A stretch of 64,000 bases of DNA from Rhizobium sp. Q54 (lineage in GTDB: Bacteria > Pseudomonadota > Alphaproteobacteria > UBA2966 > CAIVPW01): positions 20,739 through 84,738 of the forward strand of contig CAMDCA010000003.1 in assembly GCA_945889645.1 (NCBI GenBank), written 5' to 3'. A model generated the notes under the pieces. That model was given only the letters and a program-made list of their open reading frames with translations, was not told the origin of the DNA and ran no database searches. The position numbers were made by a program, and so were the translations under genes. Positions 22,526 through 33,785 of the stretch are shown here, piece after piece. Position 1 is the first letter of the stretch. Each line of letters starts with the position of its first letter.

Positions 22526-22769
22526 CCGCCTAGTGCCTTGTAGTGCCCGGATGGCGCTGGATTGGCTCGGTACCGCATCGGCCTCGACCCGCTCGACGTC
22601 GAGAGCCTGCGCGAGCTGCAGCGCGTACTGCGCGACCTCGACCACGAGAAGCAGGCGGCCGTGAACCGCGCGCGGCTGATGCCCTGGACGCGGTAGCCCT
22701 CGCATTCGACTTGTAGGTGACTGACCATCGAGGCGCGTGGGCGTTGGGCGACTGCGCCGGTGCTCGATC

Positions 22770-23678
22770 TCACGTACCCCCGAGGTAGCGTCCGACCGCG
22801 CGCTGGCAGTAGTCCAGGTAGGCACGGACAACTCGCGAGGGTTGCTGCTGCCGCTGGTAGAGCAGGCTCACCTCTTGTTCCGGGAACGGGTGCTCAGGCA
22901 GCAGCGCCACAAGGCGCCCATCGCGCAGCGCCTCGGTCGCTAGAAATGGAGGAAGCTCGGTGACAACGTCTCCTTGGATCGCGCGCTGGCGCAGATGGAG
23001 GTAGTCGTTGACGGCCAGGACTGGCGTCGGTTCGATCTCTCGCTCGCCGAGGCGCCAAGGCCGATGAGCGTTCGCGTCGCGGACCCAGATCGCAGCGGGT
23101 AGCGCGAACAACGCATCGGGGCTTGTCGGCGTTCCGAATCGTTCGAGCAGTGCGGGGCTTGCGACCAGGATGTGGCGGTACCGCAAGAGGCGCTTCGCCA
23201 CGAGACTCTCGTGAACGACGGGCCCAATTCGCAACGCGATATCGACGCCTTCCATGCTCAGGTCGACGGCGCGCTCAGTCGTGTAGACAAACACCTGGAT
23301 GTCGGGATGCTCTCGCTGAAATGCGGCGAGCAGCTCCCACCACGGCTCGAACGACGGTGGTATCGACAGCCGCAGCCGTCCCTTCAGGACGTTCTGGTGG
23401 CTCGTCACCGCAAGCTCGCCCTCGTGCAGGGCGTCGATGCCGCGGCTGGCGTGCTCGTACAGCAGCATGCCCGCATCCGTGAGCTTCGTCCCGCGCGCGC
23501 TTCGCTCGAGCAGTTGGACGGCGAGTTCTTCCTCCAGCTGGCGGACGTTCCGGCTGAGGGTCGCTAGGGGCACCCGCGTCTTCAGCGACGCGGCCGAAAG
23601 GCTCCCCGCTCGAACGACGGCGATGAACATCTCGGCGGCCTTCAGGTCCAAAGGAGTCCTTCCATTTATGGTAGGCAT
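22770..23678 (-). CDS. LysR-family transcriptional regulator
   Basis: N-terminal HTH (..FIAVVRAGSLSAASLKTRVPLATLSRNVRQLEEEL..) plus LysR substrate-binding domain. Divergent from the SnoaL/oxidoreductase cassette. Confidence 0.85.
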   Translation of the reverse strand: MPTINGRTPLDLKAAEMFIAVVRAGSLSAASLKTRVPLATLSRNVRQLEEELAVQLLERSARGTKLTDAGMLLYEHASRGIDALHEGELAVTSHQNVLKGRLRLSIPPSFEPWWELLAAFQREHPDIQVFVYTTERAVDLSMEGVDIALRIGPVVHESLVAKRLLRYRHILVASPALLERFGTPTSPDALFALPAAIWVRDANAHRPWRLGEREIEPTPVLAVNDYLHLRQRAIQGDVVTELPPFLATEALRDGRLVALLPEHPFPEQEVSLLYQRQQQPSRVVRAYLDYCQRAVGRYLGGT

Positions 23679-23768
23679 GCTATCAATAACAGGTCTACCG
23701 CGTCAAATACGAGAGGCCTATGTTCTTCTTCGCAGACGGACCTCACCGCTGCGCAACGGAGGAAGGCC

Positions 23769-24146
23769 ATGACCATCAAGGAACTGATCAAGACGTACGA
23801 GCTCGCGCTCAACGCGAACGACCTCGAAAAGATTCTCGCGCTCTACGGCAGCGAACCCGTCTTCATGCCGCAGCACGCGCCGGCCCTCGTTGGCCGCGAC
23901 GCTGTGCGCGCCGGCTACAAGCAAGTGTTTGAGACCCTCAAGCTCAACATCCGCTTCGAGGTCCACGAGATCGAAGAGGCTGGAGACTGGGCGTGGGCTC
24001 GCACCAGTTCCGCCGGCCGCACGCGGATCCTCGCCGCGGGCGTCGAAGTCACCGAGGGCAACAACGAGCTCTTCATCTTCCGGCGCGAGGGCGGCGAGTG
24101 GCGCATTCACCGCTACCTGTTCGCCACCAATCAGCCCCGCGCTTGA
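23769..24146 (+). CDS. SnoaL-like/NTF2-like small protein (DUF4440-type)
   Basis: 125 aa, MTIKELIKTYELALNANDLEKILALYGSEPVFMPQHAP... Confidence 0.7.
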   Translation: MTIKELIKTYELALNANDLEKILALYGSEPVFMPQHAPALVGRDAVRAGYKQVFETLKLNIRFEVHEIEEAGDWAWARTSSAGRTRILAAGVEVTEGNNELFIFRREGGEWRIHRYLFATNQPRA

Positions 24147-24156
24147 AGAGGACACC

Positions 24157-24665
24157 ATGAACGCTCAGAACTGTATTCGAATCGCAGTTGCTGCCACCTG
24201 GGTGGTTTCGTGGGCTGCGACTTCGGGGTGCGCCACGAGGACGGCACAAGCATCTCCAACCGCTGGCGCGGTGGCGAGCGCACAGCCCGATGCGCGAGCG
24301 GTCGCGGCAATCCGTGACGTGATTCAAAGGTACGAGACTGCCCTCAACGCCAACGCCATCGACGATATCCTTGGGCTGTACGGCAGCGAGCCCGTGTTCA
24401 TGCCGCAGCACGCGCCGGCGCTGGCTGGTCGCGACGCAGTTCGTGCCGGGTGACCCTCAAGCTCAACATCCGTTTCGAGATTCACGACGTCCAGCAGGCT
24501 GGCGACTGGGCCTGGGCTCGCACGACCTCGGCAGGCCGTACGCGCATCCTCGCCGCAGGCGCCGAGGTAGCCGAGGGCAACAACGAGCTCTTCGTGTTCC
24601 GGCATGAAAACCGCGCATGGAAGATCCACCGCTACCTCTTCTCGACCAACCGTCCCCGCAGTTGA
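24157..24665 (+). pseudogene. tandem paralogue of the preceding SnoaL-like gene with added signal-peptide/lipoprotein-like N-terminus, disrupted by a frameshift
   Basis: Good SD (aagagga) before ATG 24157. Alignment with gene 23769..24146 shows 18 nt (tacaagcaagtgtttgag) replaced by 2 nt at ~24449-24453, a net -16 nt. Reading frame then continues as ORF 24450..24665. Confidence 0.65.
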
Positions 24666-24692
24666 ACCGCTCGAACAGGCAGGAGAACGAAC

Positions 24693-25679
24693 ATGAAAGC
24701 CTACATCATCGAACGGGCCGGCGGCCCCGAGGTTCTCACGCTCGCCGACATTCCGGCGCCACAAGCCAAGACGGACGAGGTAACGATCCGCGTCCGCGCC
24801 TTCGGTCTCAATCGGGCCGAGGTGTATCGCCGAACCGGCAAGATGGGCCCCATCAACAGCCCGGTGGTGCCTGGCATCGAAGCCGTCGGCGAGGTCATCT
24901 CGGACGCGTCCGGAACCTTCCGCACGGGCCAGCGTGTCGCCACTGCGATGGGCGGAATGCAATTCTCGCGGCCCGGAAGTTACGCCGAGGAGGTCGCGGT
25001 CTTGCGCAGCAACGTGATCGACCTCCACGACACGACGTTGTCCTGGGAGGAGCTCGCGGCGCTACCCGAGTCGTATCTGACTGTCTGGGGCGCGCTGGGT
25101 AGGAGTCTCGGCCTCGCGAAGGGGCAGACTCTCCTCGTTCGCGGGGCGACGTCTTCGGTCGGAATGGCCGCTACTGCGTACGCGAAGATGCTCGGCGCAA
25201 CCGTCGTAGCGACGACCCGCTCGGAGGGTCACGTTCAGCGGCTGCGCGAGGTGGGTGCCGACGTCGCCATCGTGGACCGAGGACAAATTGAAGAGGACGT
25301 GCGGCGAGCGTTTCCCGAGGGGGTCGATGCCGCCCTCGAGGTCGTAGGCGCGACGACGCTGCGCGACACGATCAAGGTGCTGAAGCCGTTTGGAGCTGTG
25401 ACGGTCGTTGGCCTCCTTGGAGGCCCGCCGGTATTGGAGAACTTCCATCTGATGCAGGACCTCCCAAACGCAACGCGCCTCAGCTTCTTCCCGAGCGGCA
25501 TGCTCGGCACGGCGGCGCTACCGCTCACCGACGCGCCGCTGAGAGCGATCGCAGAAGGAATCTCTGCAGGGCGAATTCCATCGCTCCGCGCGCGCACCTT
25601 CGACTTCGGCGACGTGCGGCAAGCGCACGCCCTGATGGAGAGCGATCGCGCGCTTGGGAAGCTCGTCGTACGGGTGTGA
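24693..25679 (+). CDS. zinc-type alcohol dehydrogenase-like / NADPH:quinone oxidoreductase (MDR superfamily)
   Basis: 328 aa. GroES-like N domain and Rossmann motif ..VRGATSSVGMAATAYAKMLGA... Confidence 0.85.
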   Translation: MKAYIIERAGGPEVLTLADIPAPQAKTDEVTIRVRAFGLNRAEVYRRTGKMGPINSPVVPGIEAVGEVISDASGTFRTGQRVATAMGGMQFSRPGSYAEEVAVLRSNVIDLHDTTLSWEELAALPESYLTVWGALGRSLGLAKGQTLLVRGATSSVGMAATAYAKMLGATVVATTRSEGHVQRLREVGADVAIVDRGQIEEDVRRAFPEGVDAALEVVGATTLRDTIKVLKPFGAVTVVGLLGGPPVLENFHLMQDLPNATRLSFFPSGMLGTAALPLTDAPLRAIAEGISAGRIPSLRARTFDFGDVRQAHALMESDRALGKLVVRV

Positions 25680-25733
25680 CGTCAGAACGTTGCGAATTGA
25701 GTCGTGAATCGAAGTGAATAAGGGAGATCTGAT

Positions 25734-26588
25734 ATGGCAAACAAGGACGTCATTTTGGTCACCGGCGCGACGGGAAAGCAGGGCGGCTCGACGCTCGGAT
25801 ACCTCGCGAAACATGGTGGCTTTCAGCTCCGTGCGATGACGCGCAACCCGGACGGCGACGCGGCCCGGGCGCTGAAGGGTCTCGGCGTGGAACTCGTGAA
25901 GGGCGACCTCGACGACGCCCCATCGCTCGAGCGCGCAGTTGCTGGCGCTTGGGGCGTCTATGCCGTCCAGAACACCTGGGAAGCGGGCGTCGCCAAAGAG
26001 GAGGAGCAAGGCAAGCGGCTCGCGAAGGTCGCGCGCGAGCAGCGCGTGCAGCAGTTCGTGTATGCGTCGGTCGGCTCCGCTCACAAAGCGACGGGCATCC
26101 CGCACTTCGACAACAAATTCCGCGTCGAGCAGACCGTGAAGGCTCTGGGGTTCCCGTCCTATGCGATCGTGCGCCCCGTCTTCTTCATGGAGAACCTTCT
26201 CTCCCCCATGTTCATCCAGGGCGACAAGATCCTCACCGCCCTCGGGCCCACGACCAAGCTTCAGATGATCGCGGCGGACGACATCGGAAAGTTCGGCGCG
26301 CGGGCATTCATCGACGCGCAGAAGCACAAGAATGTCGAGGTCGACATCGCGGGCGACGCGGTGACGATGGTCGAAGCAGCCGAGGCGCTGAGCGAGATCC
26401 TCGGCAAGAAGGTCACGTACGAACCGATCCCGATCGAGGCAGTGCGAAAGTCCAGCGAGGACATCGCGCTCATGCTCGAGTGGTTCGAGCGCATCGGCTA
26501 CTCGGCTGACATCACGAGCCTTGAAAAGGTGTGGGGGATCCGCCCGCTTGCGCTGCGCGACTGGGTCGCTACGCAGAAGAAGGCCTGA
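25734..26588 (+). CDS. NmrA-family NAD(P)-binding protein
   Basis: 284 aa. N-terminal VTGATGKQGG Rossmann motif. Confidence 0.85.
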   Translation: MANKDVILVTGATGKQGGSTLGYLAKHGGFQLRAMTRNPDGDAARALKGLGVELVKGDLDDAPSLERAVAGAWGVYAVQNTWEAGVAKEEEQGKRLAKVAREQRVQQFVYASVGSAHKATGIPHFDNKFRVEQTVKALGFPSYAIVRPVFFMENLLSPMFIQGDKILTALGPTTKLQMIAADDIGKFGARAFIDAQKHKNVEVDIAGDAVTMVEAAEALSEILGKKVTYEPIPIEAVRKSSEDIALMLEWFERIGYSADITSLEKVWGIRPLALRDWVATQKKA

Positions 26589-26743
26589 GCGGAGGCTGTC
26601 GTGATCAACGGCAAGCTGGCCGACTGCTGCGCGGGACGAGGCCCCACCGAGGCTTCGCTGCGGCAGGCGGGCGTCGGGCAGCCGACAGCGTGAGGTCGGG
26701 CGATTCGGCGCCCTCCCGCTGTTCAACATCCGGTCCGGAGAGA

Positions 26744-26774
26744 AGGAAAGAACGATCGGTGATCGTTCTTTCCT
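26744..26774. repeat. perfect 14-bp-stem hairpin aggaaagaacgatc-ggt-gatcgttctttcct within a palindrome-rich, lower-GC spacer
   Basis: Read directly. Further inverted repeats cagttttacag (26779-26789) / ctgtaaaacgg (~26878-26888), a gatcgcgatc core near 27005-27030, and reiterated aaacggg and ctctc motifs 26860-26960. Confidence 0.5.
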
Positions 26775-27139
26775 CGTCGGCACGGTCAGTTTTACAGCCG
26801 CGCCCGAGATTCGCGAAGCGCCACGCGGCTCTCCGCGGCGTGCTCTCCGATGGAGACGTGTTTGTATTTTCTCTCCGTCTGTAAAACGGGTCTCCGTTTC
26901 TGTTAAACGGGCGCCGGGCTCTCTCTCCCCAGTCTCCGCCCAAAACGGGCTCGGAGAGAGCGATCGGGCACCCGCGGACGCTCGCGCCCACTCTCCACTT
27001 CGCGCGCGGAGATCGCGATCGAGATCGCGCGCGTCGTGCATGCCCGCGACACCACGTTAGAAAAGCGAAACCCCGACCACCTTGCGATGATCGGGGCTCG
27101 TGTTCAACAACTGGTCGCCGAGTTTGAAAGGCGACGATA

Positions 27140-27214
27140 TGGCTCCTCGGGACGGATTCGAACCGCCGACCCGCCGGTTAACAGCCGGCTGCTCTACCGC
27201 TGAGCTACCGAGGA
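27140..27214 (-). tRNA. tRNA-Asn (anticodon GTT)
   Basis: Minus-strand sequence TCCTCGGTAGCTCAGCGGTAGAGCAGCCGGCTGTTAACCGGCGGGTCGGCGGTTCGAATCCGTCCCGAGGAGCCA. 7-bp acceptor stem, D/anticodon/T arms fold, anticodon loop CTGTTAA, encoded CCA. Confidence 0.9.
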
Positions 27215-27342
27215 AAAACTGGCGTCTCGCGCCGTTCCACGCCTGCGCTTGGGCGGGGGGGTTATAGCAACCGCAGAACGCGGACGCCAATAGGGGAACG
27301 CAGCGGTCGTTCCAAATGGTCGCGCCGAGGCTTGCCGAAGGT

Positions 27343-27416
27343 TGGAGGCCAGGACCGGATTCGAACCGGTGTACACGGCTTTGCAGGCCGCTGCGTAGCC
27401 ACTCCGCCACCTGGCC
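27343..27416 (-). tRNA. tRNA-Cys (anticodon GCA)
   Basis: Minus-strand sequence GGCCAGGTGGCGGAGTGGCTACGCAGCGGCCTGCAAAGCCGTGTACACCGGTTCGAATCCGGTCCTGGCCTCCA. Anticodon loop CTGCAAA, T-loop TTCGAAT, 7-bp acceptor stem. Confidence 0.9.
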
Positions 27417-27458
27417 CCAGGTCGACAGGAACTCCGGGGTGTATAGGATTCGCTCCCG

Positions 27459-28022
27459 ATGGGGTCAAGGACGCCACAACAGAAAGGGACCAAAGTCCGC
27501 GCTGCGGCGCTTGCCGACTGCGACGCCATCTCCGTCGTGCATGTCGAGACGTGGCGGACGATATACCGCGGTCTGTTGCCCGACGCCATCCTTGATGCCC
27601 TGAGCGCGCCAGCCCGCGCCGATATGTGACGGAGGGCGCACCAGCGCACACCCCCGCGGCTCCTGTTCGTTGCCGAACGGGAGGGGCGGCTGGTCGGATT
27701 CGGTGCGGCAGGACCTCCTTCAGGTGCCGCCCTCGGAGCAGATTCCGAGGTTCATGCGCTCTACGTGTCGAGCGACGTTCAACGTCGGGGCATTGGTAAG
27801 ACCCTCCTCGCGCGTCTTGCGGACGCGCTCGGCAGAGGCGGTTGTAGGACGCTCGGCGCATGGGTACTGCGGGAGAACGAGGCAGCACGCCGATTCTACG
27901 CGCGGCGCGGTGCACGAATTGCCGGTGAAAGAGCCGGAGCGGTTGGCACTCACCCGATCACGGAGATTGCCTACGTCTGGAACGACCTGGCTGCGCTGAA
28001 GCGCCGGGCAGAGGGTTCCTAG
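27459..28022 (+). pseudogene. GNAT-family N-acetyltransferase interrupted by an in-frame TGA at a position where related GNATs have Trp
   Basis: Single frame reads MGSRTPQQKGTKVRAAALADCDAISVVHVETWRTIYRGLLPDAILDALSAPARADM-TGA-RRAHQ..LLFVAEREGRLVGFG..QRRGIGKTLLARL..AWVLRENEAARRFYARRG... Stop at 27627-27629; related GNATs have ..Q-M-W-Q/R.. at this position. Confidence 0.6.
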
Positions 28023-28621
28023 TCCGTCACGCCGACTTCATCGACTCGAACCCGCACCAGGCCCTCGCACACAAATCCAAGCAACTGGGCCGCGCCGAAG
28101 GACACGTCGATGATGCGGCCATCGATAAACGGGCCGCGATCGTTGACGCGCAGCACCACCGAGCGCGCGTTCTCCAGATTGGTGACCCGAACGTAGGTTG
28201 GCAGCGGCAGGGTGCGGTGGGCCGCAGTCATCAGGTTCATGTCGTAGAGTTCGCCGTTGGCGGTGCGGCGGCCGTGGTAGGGCTCGCCATACCAGGATGC
28301 GACCCCGATCTCGTGAAACGGGTGCACCGTCGTGTCACCGGCGGGCGGGCTAGGGCGGCGTGCCTCGACGGCGCCGCGGGTCTGGGCCCAAATGCCGGTG
28401 GTCAACACCGCGCCGGCCGCGATGCTGACCAACAGGTCGAGCCACGACTGGTGTCGCGGTTTCGTTGCGGGGATGAGCGGGGCGGCCACGAGACGCGACA
28501 CTCGGCACCCGTCGTGGCGCCTTCGTGGCGTTGAAGAGGTAGAAGAAGGGCGGCAGAACTGAAGCTTTACGGGTCGCCGAAGTGCCCCGAAGCGATTGCC
28601 AGCCGCGCTGCCCGCTGCCAT
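28019..28621 (-). CDS. rlpA: RlpA-like double-psi beta-barrel (DPBB) protein / septal-ring lytic transglycosylase family
   Basis: ..ASWYGEPYHGRRTANGELYDMNLMTAAHRTLPLPTYVRVTNLENARSVVLRVNDRGPF... N-terminal TM/signal region; true start uncertain (possibly ~28501). Overlaps GNAT 3' end by 4 nt, convergent. Confidence 0.7.
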   Translation of the reverse strand: MAAGSAAGNRFGALRRPVKLQFCRPSSTSSTPRRRHDGCRVSRLVAAPLIPATKPRHQSWLDLLVSIAAGAVLTTGIWAQTRGAVEARRPSPPAGDTTVHPFHEIGVASWYGEPYHGRRTANGELYDMNLMTAAHRTLPLPTYVRVTNLENARSVVLRVNDRGPFIDGRIIDVSFGAAQLLGFVCEGLVRVRVDEVGVTD

Positions 28622-28649
28622 AAGGCATGAAAGGCCTTGGGGGGTCTCG

Positions 28650-29321
28650 ATGACTGCCGTTGCGACCGTGTTCGATACTGCCGCTGCGCGCCGCCAGATG
28701 GTGGAGAGTCAGCTGCGGCCAAATCGTGTTCTCGACCCGCGCATCGTTGCGGCGATGGGCGACATACCGCGCGAGCTGTTCGTGCCGGAGCGCCTCGCGG
28801 GCGTCGCCTATGTCGACGAGGACTTGGAGATCGCACCGGGCCGCTTCCTGATGGAGCCGCGCGTCCTTGGCCGCCTGCTCGAGGCGCTGGACGTGCAAAG
28901 CACCCACCGGGTGCTTGAGATCGGCAGCGGCTGCGGCTACGCGACCGCTGTCCTGGCACGTCTTGCCGCACGGGTCGTTGCGCTGGAGGTCGACGGCGAC
29001 CTTGCGACGCGTGCCAGCCGCCTGCTGTCGCGCCTCGATCTCAACAACACCTTCGTTGCCGTCGGTTCGCTGGCGGCCGGCGAGCCGTCGCGCGCGCCAT
29101 ACGACCGCATCCTGCTTTCGGGTGCAGCCGAAGATGTGCCGGAGGCGCTGAAGGCGCAACTGGCGGACGGCGGACGCCTGGCGGGGGTCTTCCTGCGGGG
29201 TGGCGTCGGTAAGGCAACGGTCGTCGAGCGGCACGGCCAGGCGTTCGGCGTCCGGGAGGTGTTCGATGCATCGACTCCGATCCTCCCGGGCCTCACCCGG
29301 GCGCGCGGATTCGTCTTTTGA
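28650..29321 (+). CDS. pcm: protein-L-isoaspartate O-methyltransferase
   Basis: ORF 28596..29321 trimmed to ATG 28650. SAM motif VLEIGSGCGYATAVLA. Confidence 0.85.
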   Translation: MTAVATVFDTAAARRQMVESQLRPNRVLDPRIVAAMGDIPRELFVPERLAGVAYVDEDLEIAPGRFLMEPRVLGRLLEALDVQSTHRVLEIGSGCGYATAVLARLAARVVALEVDGDLATRASRLLSRLDLNNTFVAVGSLAAGEPSRAPYDRILLSGAAEDVPEALKAQLADGGRLAGVFLRGGVGKATVVERHGQAFGVREVFDASTPILPGLTRARGFVF

Positions 29322-29512
29322 GTCGATTCGCCCCCTTTTCCCAAATCGAAGATTGATTCTCCCGGAAATTTGCGGTCTATTTTGTGATCGGGCGCAGAAG
29401 GGCCACAATTGCTTGTGGTGGCGAATTGACCATAGCTAGCGTACGGTCCGTGTGCATACCGGGGTTCAAGAGGGTTGGCCGGCTGTCTCGCCGGCCGGCA
29501 ATGGTCTGACCG

Positions 29513-30307
29513 GTGGCCGAAGAAGCAGAAGCCCAGCACGAACCCACAATGGAGGAGATTCTCTCCTCCATTCGCCGCATCATTTCTGAAGATGGTGAGC
29601 AGCCGGCTGCCGATGGCGCCGCGCGCGCCGCTGCATCTGCTCCGGCCGCTGCCGCACCCGCTCCACCGCCGCCGGCGCCGAAACCCAAGCCGAAGCCCGC
29701 CCTGGTGATGCCGGACCCCGAGCCGGAGCCCATGGCCGTCGCTCCGCCACCGCCACCTCCGGCCGCGCGCAAAGTTGCGCCGATGCCCGAGAAGCCCGCG
29801 CCGATGCGGATGGAAGAACCGGCCGTTCTCGACCTCACCGAAGTGGTGCAGGACGACGGAACGGTAGTGAGCCTCAACCGTCAGCCGGCCCGCCGACCCC
29901 CACCAGAGCCCGACTACGATGCGGTGCGCGCCGTGATGATGTCGGAGCCAGAGATGCAGCCGCCCATGTCAATGCAGCAGCAGGCCCCGCCCCAAATGGC
30001 GATGCCGCCGCCGCAGCATCAGCCCGAGCCGCCGCGCCAGCATCAGGATTGGGGCATGATGGCCGAGGGTCTGGTGTCGCGGGACACGGAAGCTGCGGCG
30101 ACGCGTTCGTTCGCCGGTCTCGGCGCCACAGTGTCGGCGGTCACCGGTATGCCGCTTGGCCACCCGCAGCGCACCATTGAAGAACTGGGGCGCGAATTGT
30201 TGCGGCCGATGCTCAAGCAGTGGCTCGACCGCAACCTGCAGGCTATCGTCGCGCGGGCCGTCGAGCGCGAGATCTCGCGCTTATCCGGCCGCGCCGACAA
30301 AGACTAG
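29513..30307 (+). CDS. popZ: PopZ-like polar organizing protein (DUF2497)
   Basis: GTG start. N-terminal EPTMEEILSSIRRIISEDGE and C-terminal ..LGRELLRPMLKQWLDRNLQAIVARAVEREISRLSGR match PopZ termini. Pro/Ala/Glu-rich acidic middle. Conserved position upstream of valS. Confidence 0.75.
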   Translation: MAEEAEAQHEPTMEEILSSIRRIISEDGEQPAADGAARAAASAPAAAAPAPPPPAPKPKPKPALVMPDPEPEPMAVAPPPPPPAARKVAPMPEKPAPMRMEEPAVLDLTEVVQDDGTVVSLNRQPARRPPPEPDYDAVRAVMMSEPEMQPPMSMQQQAPPQMAMPPPQHQPEPPRQHQDWGMMAEGLVSRDTEAAATRSFAGLGATVSAVTGMPLGHPQRTIEELGRELLRPMLKQWLDRNLQAIVARAVEREISRLSGRADKD

Positions 30308-30334
30308 CCGGCGGTCCACGTTTCTTGCGGTAGA

Positions 30335-30757
30335 TTGGTGCGCAGTGTGGCGTCGCGCGGTGCGTTTGCGTTGGCCTTCGCCGGCCTCGCCCTGGCGTTG
30401 CCCGGGTGCACGACGCAGAGCGCGGCACCCTCAGCGGCCGCCAGGCCTATCGGTGCCGTTCACATCGTGCGGATGACGGCGTCGAACGAGTTCGATCCAC
30501 AAGAGATTCGCATCCGCGCAGGCGACGTCGTCGAGTGGCGGAACACGTCGCGCGGGGCGCAGACGGTGACCCTGCTGCGCGCAGCCGCGCCGATGTTGGT
30601 GGCGCTGCCGACCGGCGCGCTGGAGTTCGACTCAGGGCGCATCGCATCGGGTGCAACCTATCGCCGCCAGTTTACCATCGGCGGCCGCTACCAGTACCTC
30701 TCGACGACCAACGCCGGCGTCACCATGGCCGGCGTGGTTCTCGTCCTAGACCGCTAG
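30335..30757 (+). CDS. cupredoxin-like fold lipoprotein (no complete type-1 copper ligand set seen)
   Basis: Lipobox LALPGC. Beta-sandwich-like motifs (..RIRAGDVVEWRNTS..QTVTL.., ..GRYQYLSTTNAGVTMAGVVLV). TTG/GTG start uncertain. Confidence 0.55.
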   Translation: MVRSVASRGAFALAFAGLALALPGCTTQSAAPSAAARPIGAVHIVRMTASNEFDPQEIRIRAGDVVEWRNTSRGAQTVTLLRAAAPMLVALPTGALEFDSGRIASGATYRRQFTIGGRYQYLSTTNAGVTMAGVVLVLDR

Positions 30758-30871
30758 CCAACACGCCCGTCAGGGCAGGTTGCCCGCCCGCGGGCATCTG
30801 CACTAGGGTTGCCGCCGCCGCCGCCGGGACTGCCGTCGTGGTCCCGCATCGCGGTCTTTGGGCTTTCACGC

Positions 30872-33526
<2,655 letters not shown>

Positions 33527-33785
33527 CGCTCAGGACTTGCCCGCCAACCGGCGCTTCCCCCACACCACCGGCTGTGGCTTGTGGCGAGAGCCACGCGCAA
33601 GCGAAGTTCGAGGGTGCGCCAGGTGCGGTCGTCGGCCGCGACCTCCCAGTGTATCGCCGGGGCAAAGGCGGCCTCGATTGCCGCGGCGGTGCCGGGAAGA
33701 TGCAACGGCATGCCCGGTGCGGCGAGGTTGGCAGGCCACGAGACGATTGACCAGCGTGGCGGATGCTGCCAGAAGCGTGTCGGCC

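Noticed and set aside
26728-26775. SRP (4.5S) RNA: the motif ggtccggagagaaggaaag resembles the conserved GGUCCGGAAGGAAGC of domain IV
   Set aside because: Flanking sequence lacks the remaining conserved SRP helix 8 context (..CAGCCAAGGCAG..) and forms a different, fully self-complementary hairpin. Likely coincidental.
27627-27629. UGA recoding (Trp or Sec) in the GNAT gene
   Set aside because: TGA clearly terminates other genes in the window (cysK-like, dgt, surE, uORF). No SECIS-like context examined or expected for a GNAT. A nonsense mutation or sequencing error is more parsimonious.
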